Source: Pseudomonadota bacterium
GTDB lineage: Bacteria; Pseudomonadota; Alphaproteobacteria; ATCC43930; CGMCC-115725
NCBI GenBank assembly: GCA_021812165.1
Contig: JAKAOO010000001.1
Coordinates: 6,045 to 61,250 of the forward strand
Direction of reading: 5' to 3'
Length of the DNA stretch: 55,206 nucleotides
Part shown: positions 28,801 through 37,402 of the stretch, one piece after another
Layout of the letters: each line of letters begins with the position of its first letter
Position numbering within the stretch: the first letter of the stretch is position 1
Program-made: the position numbers and the translations under genes
Notes under the pieces: generated by a model
Databases searched by the model: none
What the model was told of the DNA's origin: nothing
The model's input: only the letters and a program-made list of their open reading frames with translations

Positions 28801-29994
28801 TTGCCGGATTGGAAAGGCGTCTTCGCGATTGTGAGCACGAAACTCAAAGCGGCGGTGGCGGCGGACGCTCCGAGGTTGAGTCTCACCGAGAAGGACGGGG
28901 CCTCTTTTCTGTGCGCGGGCGGAGCGTGGACGGTGAACGTCGCCGCCGAGCTTGACGGGCGGCTTTCTCGCCTCTCGCTGCCGAGCGGGGAGAGCGTCGT
29001 CCTCGATCTCTCCGCGATCGACAGCCTCGATACCGCCGGCGCCTGGCTTCTGCTGCGCACCGAGCGGGCTCTTTTGCGCCGCGGCAATCGGGTCGAGACC
29101 CGCGGCTTGTCGCCGGTCTTTGCACCGCTCTTGGCGCAGCTGCGGGCGGCGAGCGCGCAGGCTCCGGTCTTGCCGGAGCGCGAGGGCGCTCCTGCGGTTG
29201 CCGCGTTCCTCGCTCGAATCGGCGAGATGACGCTCGCGCTTCTCGGGCGCGGCCTCGGAATGATCGGTTTCTTGGGCCTCGTCGCCGCCACCGGACTCTC
29301 GCTTCTGCGCCATCCGCGGCGTCTGCGGCTCACCGCGACGATTGCCCAAATGGAACAAACTGGAGTGAATGCGCTGCCGATCGTCGGTCTCTTGTCGTTC
29401 TTGATCGGGATCGTCATCGCCTATCAGGGATCGGACCAATTGCGGCGTTTCGGCGCGGAAATCTATACGGTCAACCTGCTCGCGGTCGGCATTTTGCGCG
29501 AGCTCGGCGTGCTGATGACCGCGATCATCATCGCCGGCCGCTCGGGAAGCGCCTTTACGGCACAGATCGGGACGATGCGCGTCACCCAAGAGATCGACGC
29601 CTTGCACACGATCGGGCTCGACCCGATCGAGGTCCTGGTGATGCCGCGTCTTCTCGCGCTCTTCGTCACGCTGCCGTTGCTCACCCTTTTTGCCGATTTC
29701 ATGGGGCTTCTCGGCGGCTCTTTTCTCTCGGCCATCGCTCTCGGGATCCCGGCTCAGGAATTCATGAGCCAACTGCGTCTCGCGTTGAGCCCGTGGACCC
29801 TCTGGATCGGTCTCATCAAAGCGCCTTTTTTTGCCGTAATCATCGCGCTTATCGGCTGCTACGAGGGGTTTCAGGTCTCGCGCAGCGCCGAGAGCGTGGG
29901 GCGCCTGACGACCCTTTCCGTGGTCGAGGCCATCTTTCTCGTGATCGTGCTCGACGCCGCCTTTTCGGTTCTCTTCGCGGTGTTGAAGATATGA
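28801..29994 (+). CDS. MlaE-family ABC permease with N-terminal STAS-like domain
   Basis: The C-terminal ~260 aa read ...QMEQTGVNALPIVGLLSFLIGIVIAYQG...GRSGSAFTAQIGTMRVTQEIDAL. The start is uncertain (TTG 28801 or GTG 28831). Confidence 0.8.
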   Translation: MPDWKGVFAIVSTKLKAAVAADAPRLSLTEKDGASFLCAGGAWTVNVAAELDGRLSRLSLPSGESVVLDLSAIDSLDTAGAWLLLRTERALLRRGNRVETRGLSPVFAPLLAQLRAASAQAPVLPEREGAPAVAAFLARIGEMTLALLGRGLGMIGFLGLVAATGLSLLRHPRRLRLTATIAQMEQTGVNALPIVGLLSFLIGIVIAYQGSDQLRRFGAEIYTVNLLAVGILRELGVLMTAIIIAGRSGSAFTAQIGTMRVTQEIDALHTIGLDPIEVLVMPRLLALFVTLPLLTLFADFMGLLGGSFLSAIALGIPAQEFMSQLRLALSPWTLWIGLIKAPFFAVIIALIGCYEGFQVSRSAESVGRLTTLSVVEAIFLVIVLDAAFSVLFAVLKI

Positions 29995-30782
29995 GCGGGC
30001 GCAAAACGCGAGGCGAGAGGGTCATTCGCGTGCGCGGGCTCGTCAACCGGTTCGGCGCGGAGACGGTTCACGACGGCCTCGATCTCGATGTCTTTCGCGG
30101 CGAAGCTCTCGGGGTCGTCGGCGGGTCGGGGAGCGGAAAATCGGTCCTGCTGCGCACGATCATCGGGCTCAACCGCCCAGAGAAGGGCACGGTCGAAGTG
30201 TTCGGCGAGGATGTCTACCGGATATCCGAGCGCGAGAGGCACGAGCTCGAAAAGCGCTGGGGGGTGCTTTTCCAGGACGGCGCGCTCTTCAGTTCGCTGA
30301 CGGTCGCGGAAAACGTCGCGGTGCCGCTCGTCGAGCATCTTCGATTGCCGGAACCCCTCATCGCGGAGATCGTCGCGTTCAAGATCAGGCTCGCTCGGCT
30401 TCCCGCTGACGCCGCGACCAAATTTCCTGCCCAGCTTTCGGGAGGAATGAGAAAGCGCGCGGGCCTTGCTCGCGCGCTTGCGCTCGATCCCGAGATCCTC
30501 TTTCTCGACGAGCCCACTTCCGGGCTCGATCCGATTGCCGCGAGCGAGCTCGACAGTCTCATTCGCGATCTCAAATCGAGCCTCGGCCTCAGCGTATTCC
30601 TCGTCACGCACGATCTCGACAGCCTTTTCGCGATCTGCGATCGGATTGCGGTCCTCGTCGACAAGAGGGTGCGCGTCGGCACCCTCGATGAGGTCTCACG
30701 CGACGATCACCCATGGACCCATTCTTATTTCCACGGGCCTCGCGGACGCGCCGCCGAGTTGCAGAAAGCGCAGATCGGATAA
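29991..30782 (+). CDS. MlaF-type ABC ATPase
   Basis: GGSGSGKSVLL, LSGGMRKRAGLARAL, LFLDEPTSGLDP. ATGA overlap with the permease gene. Confidence 0.9.
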   Translation: MSGRKTRGERVIRVRGLVNRFGAETVHDGLDLDVFRGEALGVVGGSGSGKSVLLRTIIGLNRPEKGTVEVFGEDVYRISERERHELEKRWGVLFQDGALFSSLTVAENVAVPLVEHLRLPEPLIAEIVAFKIRLARLPADAATKFPAQLSGGMRKRAGLARALALDPEILFLDEPTSGLDPIAASELDSLIRDLKSSLGLSVFLVTHDLDSLFAICDRIAVLVDKRVRVGTLDEVSRDDHPWTHSYFHGPRGRAAELQKAQIG

Positions 30783-30802
30783 TGGAGACCGAGAGGAAAT
30801 AG

Positions 30803-31747
30803 ATGGAAAGACGAGCCCACTATGTCGCGGTCGGGAGCTTCGTTCTCGCCATAATTCTCCTCGGCTTTTTCGCGCTGTTGTGGCTCGGCCGGGTTCAGAT
30901 AGCCGAGAACATGCAACGCTACTACATCTTTTTCAGAGGCCCGGTAGCCGGGCTCAGCAAAGGCTCTGCCATCCAGTACAACGGCATCCCGGTCGGCCGC
31001 GTCACCGACATTCGCGTCGATCCCGAAAATATCGAGCAGATCCAGGTGACGGTTTCAATCGACCGCAATCTCGTTCGCATCAAAACGGATGCGCGCGCCT
31101 ATATCGACACCAATATCCTCTCCGGCGTCTCGACGGTCCAGATCCGCGGCGGAACGCAAGCGGCTCCGAATCTCGAACCAAAGCCCGGGCGTAGATATGC
31201 GAAGATTCCGCCCGGGGAAACCTCGCTGCAGAGAGTGTATGCGAGCGCGCCCCAGCTTCTCGAACGGTTCACCCTCGTCGCCAACGATCTGCACGCCCTC
31301 CTCAACAAGAAGAACCGCGAAGCGTTCAGCGCCAGCCTTGCCAATCTGCAGACCCTGACCGGGGCTCTGGCAACGCGCGGCAAAGAGCTGCACGCGGTGG
31401 TGGAGAACGCCAATGCGACCGTCCTCGCGCTCAGGTCTCTGATCGGCCACGTGGACGAGAGCTATGCCGAAAGAGGGGGCCTCAAAGACCGGCTCAACCA
31501 CCTCCTCGGCAACTACAGCGCGCTCGCTACGAACCTTGCAGACACGAGCCGTCAGTTGAATGCCATGTTGAAAGAGAGCCGGCCGAAGGTTCTCCATTTC
31601 ACGCAAGACACGTTGCCCAAAGCCGATGCGGTCCTTGGCGACGCACGCCGGCTCCTCGGTCGGCTCGATCGAGTGACGGCGAAGATCGAGAGCAACCCGT
31701 CGGTTCTCGTGTTCGGCGACCGGCGCGGCGGGTATCGCCCGCAATGA
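30803..31747 (+). CDS. MlaD/MCE-domain protein
   Basis: N-terminal TM helix, then the MCE core FRGPVAGLSKGSAIQYNGIPVGRVTDI. Confidence 0.85.
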   Translation: MERRAHYVAVGSFVLAIILLGFFALLWLGRVQIAENMQRYYIFFRGPVAGLSKGSAIQYNGIPVGRVTDIRVDPENIEQIQVTVSIDRNLVRIKTDARAYIDTNILSGVSTVQIRGGTQAAPNLEPKPGRRYAKIPPGETSLQRVYASAPQLLERFTLVANDLHALLNKKNREAFSASLANLQTLTGALATRGKELHAVVENANATVLALRSLIGHVDESYAERGGLKDRLNHLLGNYSALATNLADTSRQLNAMLKESRPKVLHFTQDTLPKADAVLGDARRLLGRLDRVTAKIESNPSVLVFGDRRGGYRPQ

Positions 31748-32397
31748 CCCCGCGCATGGGCGCTCGCAAGGCCCTCGCCTTCTCTCTGGCGCTGGCGCTC
31801 GGCGGCTGCGCCGGCCTCTTTGTGCAACCCCCTCCGCATCTTTATCGCCTGACCGCCGAGCACTCCTTCCCTGCCGGCCTTCCGCGCCGCGAGGTCCGGC
31901 TTCTCGTTCGGCGGCCCGAGGCTGCGCCCGGGCTCGACACGGAGCGGATCGCGCTTACCTCCTCACCGATCACGATCAACTATTTCGCCAGGTCGGCATG
32001 GACCGCGCCGCTGCCGGAACTGGTCCGAAGCGCTCTCATCGGAACATTCCAAAAGAGTGGCGCGCTGAGGGCCGGCGATCGCTCGCGGATCGGGCTCGAC
32101 CCGAATTTCATCCTCGACACCGAGATCGGCCATTTCGAAGCCGAATATCGTTCGCCCACGGGGCCGCCCGTGGCGCGGGTTACGCTCAAACTACAGCTGC
32201 TGCGCCGCAGCAGCGGGCGCCTCGTCGCCAGCGCCACCTTCGAAAGCCGCAAACGGGCGGCCGTTAACGACGTGCCCCATATCGTATTCGCCCTCGACGA
32301 GGCCTTCGACGCGGTTGCCGGGAAGATCGTCGTCTGGGTCGCGGAGGGTCCCGCCTTGCCGCCGCCGCGGTACCGATCGTCAGAGTCTCACCACTAA
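31744..32397 (+). CDS. ABC-transport auxiliary lipoprotein (PqiC/DUF330-like)
   Basis: Lipobox LALALGGC. 4-nt overlap with the MCE gene. Size and position match the auxiliary component. Confidence 0.65.
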   Translation: MTPRMGARKALAFSLALALGGCAGLFVQPPPHLYRLTAEHSFPAGLPRREVRLLVRRPEAAPGLDTERIALTSSPITINYFARSAWTAPLPELVRSALIGTFQKSGALRAGDRSRIGLDPNFILDTEIGHFEAEYRSPTGPPVARVTLKLQLLRRSSGRLVASATFESRKRAAVNDVPHIVFALDEAFDAVAGKIVVWVAEGPALPPPRYRSSESHH

Positions 32398-32424
32398 GCA
32401 ACATCTTGTTGATCGGTACACATG

Positions 32425-32452
32425 CCCTCTCCGCCCCCAAGGGCGGAGAGGG
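32425..32452. terminator. GC-rich hairpin between convergent genes
   Basis: CCCTCTCCGCCC-CCAA-GGGCGGAGAGGG gives a 12-bp perfect stem. The flanking T-tract is weak, so intrinsic-terminator function is not certain. Confidence 0.45.
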
Positions 32453-32544
32453 TTCATCGGGCGCTGCGAACGTATGTGCACCAACCATCGCAGCCTCCTA
32501 GGTCGGAGCGGCGTCCGCCGAAGCCCCGGCACCCATGGCCGCCG

Positions 32545-32802
32545 TCAGCGCGAGGCCGGAGAAAGAGGCGCGCGCGTCGGCAGATTGTGCTCTTCGAGGC
32601 AGCGGTTGAGCGCGGCATCACGCGCGGCGTTTGCGGCGGCGCTGAAATCGGGATGCTCTTTTTGCGCTTCGCTCGCGCAGCGATCGGCAACATCCCAATT
32701 GTTGATGGCTCGCAGTCCCATTTGCGTGTTCGAGGCGGGCGCCCTGAGCGTGCCGGCAAAAAAGAGGAGCGCAGCGAAGCAGAAGGAAAGAAGGACTTTC
32801 AT
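32545..32802 (-). CDS. small secreted hypothetical protein
   Basis: 85 aa from the ATG at 32802. Signal peptide MKVLLSFCFAALLFFAGTLRA. No family recognised. Confidence 0.45.
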   Translation of the reverse strand: MKVLLSFCFAALLFFAGTLRAPASNTQMGLRAINNWDVADRCASEAQKEHPDFSAAANAARDAALNRCLEEHNLPTRAPLSPASR

Positions 32803-32921
32803 CGGGTTCCCCCAGGGCGACGACGCCGCACGCAAGCATACACCTTTTTTCCGGCAAGACACTGTTGCGCCGGGCGCAAAACTGGGGCTCCATCACGCGA
32901 GAGACATGCGAGGAGCATCCG

Positions 32922-33542
32922 ATGCTGAAGATCTGGGGGCGCAAGACCTCGTCCAACGTCCAGAAGGTCCTTTGGTGCTGCAGCGAACTTGGCCTTGCCT
33001 TCGAGCGCATCGACCTCGGCGGTCCCTTCGGCGGCAACCGCGACCCCGCCTATCTGGCAAAAAATCCGAACGGCCGGGTGCCGACGGTCGAGGACGGCGA
33101 TCTCATCATCTGGGAGTCGAACACGATCTGCCGGTATCTTGCGGCGATGCATGGCGGCGAGAGACTCTATCCGAGGGATCCGGCCGGGCGCACCCATGTC
33201 GAGCGGTGGATGGATTGGCAGCTCGCAACCGCCGCGCCGCCGATGTCGACGCTCCTGCAACAGCTCGTCCGCACGAAGCCCGAAGACCGGAATGCGGCGG
33301 CGATCGAAGCCGCGCGCCAGCAGGCGGCCGCGGCCTGGACCATCGCCGAGGGCGCGCTCGAACGCCGCCCGTACCTTGCCGGCAACGCGCTGACGCTCGC
33401 CGAGATCACCCTTGGAACCCTCGTTTACCGTTGGCACGTTTTTTCCATAGAGCGGCCCGAACTCAAAAATTTGCGCGCCTGGTACGAGCGGATGCGCGAG
33501 CGCGAAGGCTTTCGCACGCATATCGAAATCGCCGTCGCGTGA
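32922..33542 (+). CDS. glutathione S-transferase
   Basis: MLKIWGRKTSSNVQKVLW...NPNGRVPTVEDGDLIIWESNTICRYL is the thioredoxin-like GST N-domain, followed by a helical C-domain. Confidence 0.85.
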   Translation: MLKIWGRKTSSNVQKVLWCCSELGLAFERIDLGGPFGGNRDPAYLAKNPNGRVPTVEDGDLIIWESNTICRYLAAMHGGERLYPRDPAGRTHVERWMDWQLATAAPPMSTLLQQLVRTKPEDRNAAAIEAARQQAAAAWTIAEGALERRPYLAGNALTLAEITLGTLVYRWHVFSIERPELKNLRAWYERMREREGFRTHIEIAVA

Positions 33543-33639
33543 AGCGATTCGGGGGTCGGCGAATTTGCCTCTACCGCTCGACGCGTTCGCGGGGTTATTG
33601 AGAGAGGGCGAGGGGGGCGTGCCGCAGGGTCGAAGGCAG

Positions 33640-34626
33640 ATGAGCTTGAAACGGTTCGCGAGGATCGGGTTCCTTTTGTCCGGCGGCGCGGCGCTCGGCG
33701 CGTATCAGGCCGGCGCCTCGGCGGCCCTCGAAGCGCGCGGGGTAGAGCCGGATTGGATCGCCGGCACCGAGATCGGCGCGATCAACGCCGCGATCATCGC
33801 CGGAAGTCCTCCCCAGGAACGCACGCTGCGCCTGCGCCGGTTCTGGCAAGATCTCTCCGCTCTCGTGGCGCACCGTCCCCGGCGCTGGGCGCGCCGCGCC
33901 TTCGGACGTCTGTTGCCGCGCTCGCCGAGCGAGGAGGCTCTCCTTTTGGAGGGCGAGTTGCGGGCCCTCATCGCCGGCGCGGTCGATTTCGAGCGCGTCA
34001 ATTCGGGTGGGGTGCGCCTCGTTTTGGGCGCGCTCAACCTTGGGACGGGGGGCGAAGCGTATTTCGACAATGACCGGCATGTTCTCGGGCCCGATCATGT
34101 GCTCGCGTCTCGTCCGCTGCCGGGCCTCTCGCCGGTCACGATCGATCGCCAGTTCTATGGCGGCGGAGTGATCCCGGTTGGCGCTCTCCTCGAAGCCCCT
34201 CCTGCCGATACCCTCCTCTTTGTGATCGACGGCTACGACCCGGTCCCGGAGAAGGCGCAAGCGATGACCCGCGCGGCGCGGGAAATCGAGGGCTTGAAGC
34301 GCAATCACGATCTGCGGCGCATGATCGCGCTTCTCTCGGAGCATGTGCCGCCCGCGGCGCGCCGCCACCGCGATGTGAGGCGCTGTCTCGATGCGGCGTC
34401 GAGCGCGACGATAACGATCTTGCACTTCGTCCATGAAGAAAGCGCCGGCGATCTTGCCGCCAAGATGGCGGATTTCTCGGAAGGCGCGGTGCTGCGGCGT
34501 TGGCAGGCGGGAGAAAACGACGTGGCGACGAGCTTCGCGCAGCCTCTGTGGCTTGAGCCGCCACCGCCTCTTTCGGGCGCCGTCGTTCACGAACTGCGCC
34601 ACGGCGTTCTGGCGCCGCCGAGATGA
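33640..34626 (+). CDS. patatin-like protein with DUF3734-type C-terminus, catalytic dyad substituted
   Basis: IGFLLSGGAALGAYQAG (glycine-rich loop) and WIAGTEIGAINAAIIAG, where GxSxG is expected. FYGGGVIPVGAL lies where DGG is expected. Confidence 0.7.
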   Translation: MSLKRFARIGFLLSGGAALGAYQAGASAALEARGVEPDWIAGTEIGAINAAIIAGSPPQERTLRLRRFWQDLSALVAHRPRRWARRAFGRLLPRSPSEEALLLEGELRALIAGAVDFERVNSGGVRLVLGALNLGTGGEAYFDNDRHVLGPDHVLASRPLPGLSPVTIDRQFYGGGVIPVGALLEAPPADTLLFVIDGYDPVPEKAQAMTRAAREIEGLKRNHDLRRMIALLSEHVPPAARRHRDVRRCLDAASSATITILHFVHEESAGDLAAKMADFSEGAVLRRWQAGENDVATSFAQPLWLEPPPPLSGAVVHELRHGVLAPPR

Positions 34627-34886
34627 ATGGCGATTCGCCTTCCTTTCCGGCCGATCGACCGTCGGGGCGGAAGCCTGGATGCGAGAAGCCTTACGAGTTT
34701 TCCGGATCTCTTTCGCGTCCTTGCCGTGGCGGCGAACGTTGTGGTTGAAAGAACGGGCAGGAGCATTATCGCCCGTGTGAGTTGATCTTTGCTGTTGACG
34801 ACAGACCGATAAGCCTCGCCTTACCCCCTGCCACCGGCTCTTCCGTTCATTTCCCGATCGGAACGGCCCTTACTCGATGAGGGCTC

Positions 34887-36122
34887 ATGCTCTATCACGC
34901 CTATCAAGCCCAAAGCGATGCGCTCGCCGCAATGCGGCTGATGGCGCGAGCCTTCCGCGGCTTTTTCCAGGAGCCTTGGCCATTCATCGCGGACCACCCT
35001 TTCGTGCGCGGCGCCTCGGCGGCGATGGAACTCGTCTCGCATGCCGGGATCGCCCATGAACGACCGGAGTTCGGGATCGCAAGCGCAAGGGTCGCGGGTG
35101 AGGAAGTGCCCGTTTCCGAAGATATCGCGGCGGTCCATCCCTTTTGCCGCCTTTTGCATTTCCGCAAAGGCGGGATGCGCGCCGAGCCGACGGTTCTGCT
35201 TGTCGCGCCGCTTTCGGGCCATTTCTCGACGTTGTTGCGCGACACCGTCGCAACGCTTCTCTGCGACCACGACGTCTACCTGACCGACTGGGTCAACGCG
35301 CGCAACGTGCCGCTCGCTTCCGGAGGTTTTGATCTCGACGATTTTGTCGAGGTCCTGATCCGCTTCATCCGCGTCATCGGTCCTCGCATTCATGTGGTCG
35401 CGGTTTGCCAGCCGGCGGTGCCGGTCCTGGCGGCGATCTCGCTTCTCGCCGCGTCCCACGATCCCTGCGAGCCCGCTTCGGCGACCCTGATGGGGGGTCC
35501 GATCGACACTCGCGTCAACCCGACCGAGGTCAACCGGTTTGCGGTCGCGCATTCGCTCGACTGGTTCGAGAAGAGCGTGATCGCGACCGTGCCGGCGCGG
35601 TATCGCGGCGCTTTTCGCAGGGTCTATCCGGGCTTCCTGCAGCTCGCCGGGTTTGTCGGCATGAACCTCGACCGTCATGTGAGAGCGCACTGGTCGATGT
35701 TTCGCCATCTCGTCAACGGCGACGAGGAGAGCGCAGGGGCGATCCGCGCCTTTTACGAGGAATACACGACCGTGATGGACCTGCCGGCCGAATATTACCT
35801 GGAGACGATCGAGCGGGTGTTCCAACGCCACGACCTGCCGCTCGGACGATTTCGCGTGCGCGGCATCCTCGTCGAGCCGGCGGCGATCGAAAGGAGCGCG
35901 CTTCTGACGATCGAAGGCGAGCGCGACGACATCTCCGGCCCCGGCCAGACCTTTGCCGCGCATGCGCTCTGCCGCGCTCTCTCAGACGCCAAAAAGGCCC
36001 ACCATCTGGCGCCCGCGGTCGGCCATTTCGGGGTCTTTCACGGCCGCCGCTGGCGCGGCGACATCTATCCTCGGCTCAAAGCCTTTATCCGCGCCCATGA
36101 TTCGCCCACCTCGATTGCGTGA
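34887..36122 (+). CDS. phaZ: intracellular polyhydroxyalkanoate depolymerase
   Basis: 411 aa. MLYHAYQAQSDALAAMRLMA... N-terminus and overall pattern of the PhaZ (TIGR01849-type) family. Confidence 0.8.
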   Translation: MLYHAYQAQSDALAAMRLMARAFRGFFQEPWPFIADHPFVRGASAAMELVSHAGIAHERPEFGIASARVAGEEVPVSEDIAAVHPFCRLLHFRKGGMRAEPTVLLVAPLSGHFSTLLRDTVATLLCDHDVYLTDWVNARNVPLASGGFDLDDFVEVLIRFIRVIGPRIHVVAVCQPAVPVLAAISLLAASHDPCEPASATLMGGPIDTRVNPTEVNRFAVAHSLDWFEKSVIATVPARYRGAFRRVYPGFLQLAGFVGMNLDRHVRAHWSMFRHLVNGDEESAGAIRAFYEEYTTVMDLPAEYYLETIERVFQRHDLPLGRFRVRGILVEPAAIERSALLTIEGERDDISGPGQTFAAHALCRALSDAKKAHHLAPAVGHFGVFHGRRWRGDIYPRLKAFIRAHDSPTSIA

Positions 36123-36178
36123 AGAGGGCGGCGCGTAGGCGCTCGGTGAAAGGCGAACGTTCCGAGGGCGATGGCGCG

Positions 36179-37402
36179 TCAGGAAGCCCGCGGCAGCGCC
36201 TGCCGGCGAGTGCCGAGGATCGCGGCCGCCGGCGGCAGGAGGCGGATCGCAGCGGTCGTCGCCCAGCTTGCGAGGAGGGTCCCGGTAAACACGGTCGCGG
36301 CCTTGACGATCCCCGGCCACGCAAAAGGCAGCAGCGCGTATTGCAGCCACACGACGAAAGGGTAGTGGACGAGATAGATGCCGTAGGCGTTCAATCTGAG
36401 GCTCTGCACCAGCCGCGAGTTGCTCCGCCCGAAGCGCAGGAACACAGCCAGTACCGCGAAGCAGCTGCCAAAGCAGGCGAGAGGAAAGCCTGCATAGGCG
36501 AGCGCGCGCAGAATGAGCGGCGGCGAGCCCGTCATCGTCAGCCAGGTCAACCCCATCCACAAGAGGAAGCTTGCGGCAGCGAACCCGAGCCAGAGAGGCC
36601 ACCTTCTTGCCAAAACTCCGTCGGGTGCGAAAAAAGGGCGCCCGATCCCGCCGGCGCCGAGGCCAACGCCTGCAAAAAAATAGAGCGCGTAATGGAGCGG
36701 CCGGCTTTCCTGAAACGAGAACGGCCCGAACTGGGCCCAGGGCCACGGCGTGAAGGCGAGCGCGAGCGGGACGTAAGCGAGAAGCGACAGGACGAGGAAA
36801 CCGGCGGCGAGCCGAGCGGGGCGGCTGGCGGCAATCCAGGCCCAAGCGCGGCCGGCTTGCGGCGCGAAACGATAGAGTGCCGCGGCAGCGATGCCGGCAA
36901 CGAGAAGCGGCCATAAAAACCACATCGGTCCCGCCGGCCAAAACGGCAGCGCGAGCCAGTGCCGCCAATAGGCCGCAACGCTCGGCGCCGCCGCCCCTTG
37001 CAGATAGGTCGGATAGTTCGCGACCGGCATCAGAAACAGCACCACGACCGCAAAGGGCAGGCCGATCCGCAGGAAGCGGTCGCGCAGAAACAATCCCGCT
37101 CCTTTGCGGTTGAGGCTCGGCCACACAAAGAGGCCCGAGACCAGAAGGAAGAGCGACATCAAGAACACGTCCTGCCAGGCGCAGTAGATTTCGAGACCGA
37201 ACGAACGCTCGGGATCGACGATCGGAAAGCTGCGCCACATGTAGGGCGGCTGATCGAAGGCAAACGGCGCGGACGGCAGGAAGGCGAGATAGGCGAGCGA
37301 GGAATGGAACGACAGCACGAGCAGGATCACGAAGGCGCGCAGATTGTCGAGCGCGAGGCTCGCGCGCGAGGCCGTCTCGTCGACGCTCTGCCGCGAGTTC
37401 AC
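36179..37402 (-). CDS. acyltransferase family 3 membrane protein
   Basis: LDNLRAFVILLVLSFHSSLAY followed by ~10 TM segments. The GTG at 37402 overlaps the upstream stop (GTGA). The longer track ORF to 38110 overlaps the transporter gene and is rejected. Confidence 0.8.
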   Translation of the reverse strand: MNSRQSVDETASRASLALDNLRAFVILLVLSFHSSLAYLAFLPSAPFAFDQPPYMWRSFPIVDPERSFGLEIYCAWQDVFLMSLFLLVSGLFVWPSLNRKGAGLFLRDRFLRIGLPFAVVVLFLMPVANYPTYLQGAAAPSVAAYWRHWLALPFWPAGPMWFLWPLLVAGIAAAALYRFAPQAGRAWAWIAASRPARLAAGFLVLSLLAYVPLALAFTPWPWAQFGPFSFQESRPLHYALYFFAGVGLGAGGIGRPFFAPDGVLARRWPLWLGFAAASFLLWMGLTWLTMTGSPPLILRALAYAGFPLACFGSCFAVLAVFLRFGRSNSRLVQSLRLNAYGIYLVHYPFVVWLQYALLPFAWPGIVKAATVFTGTLLASWATTAAIRLLPPAAAILGTRRQALPRAS

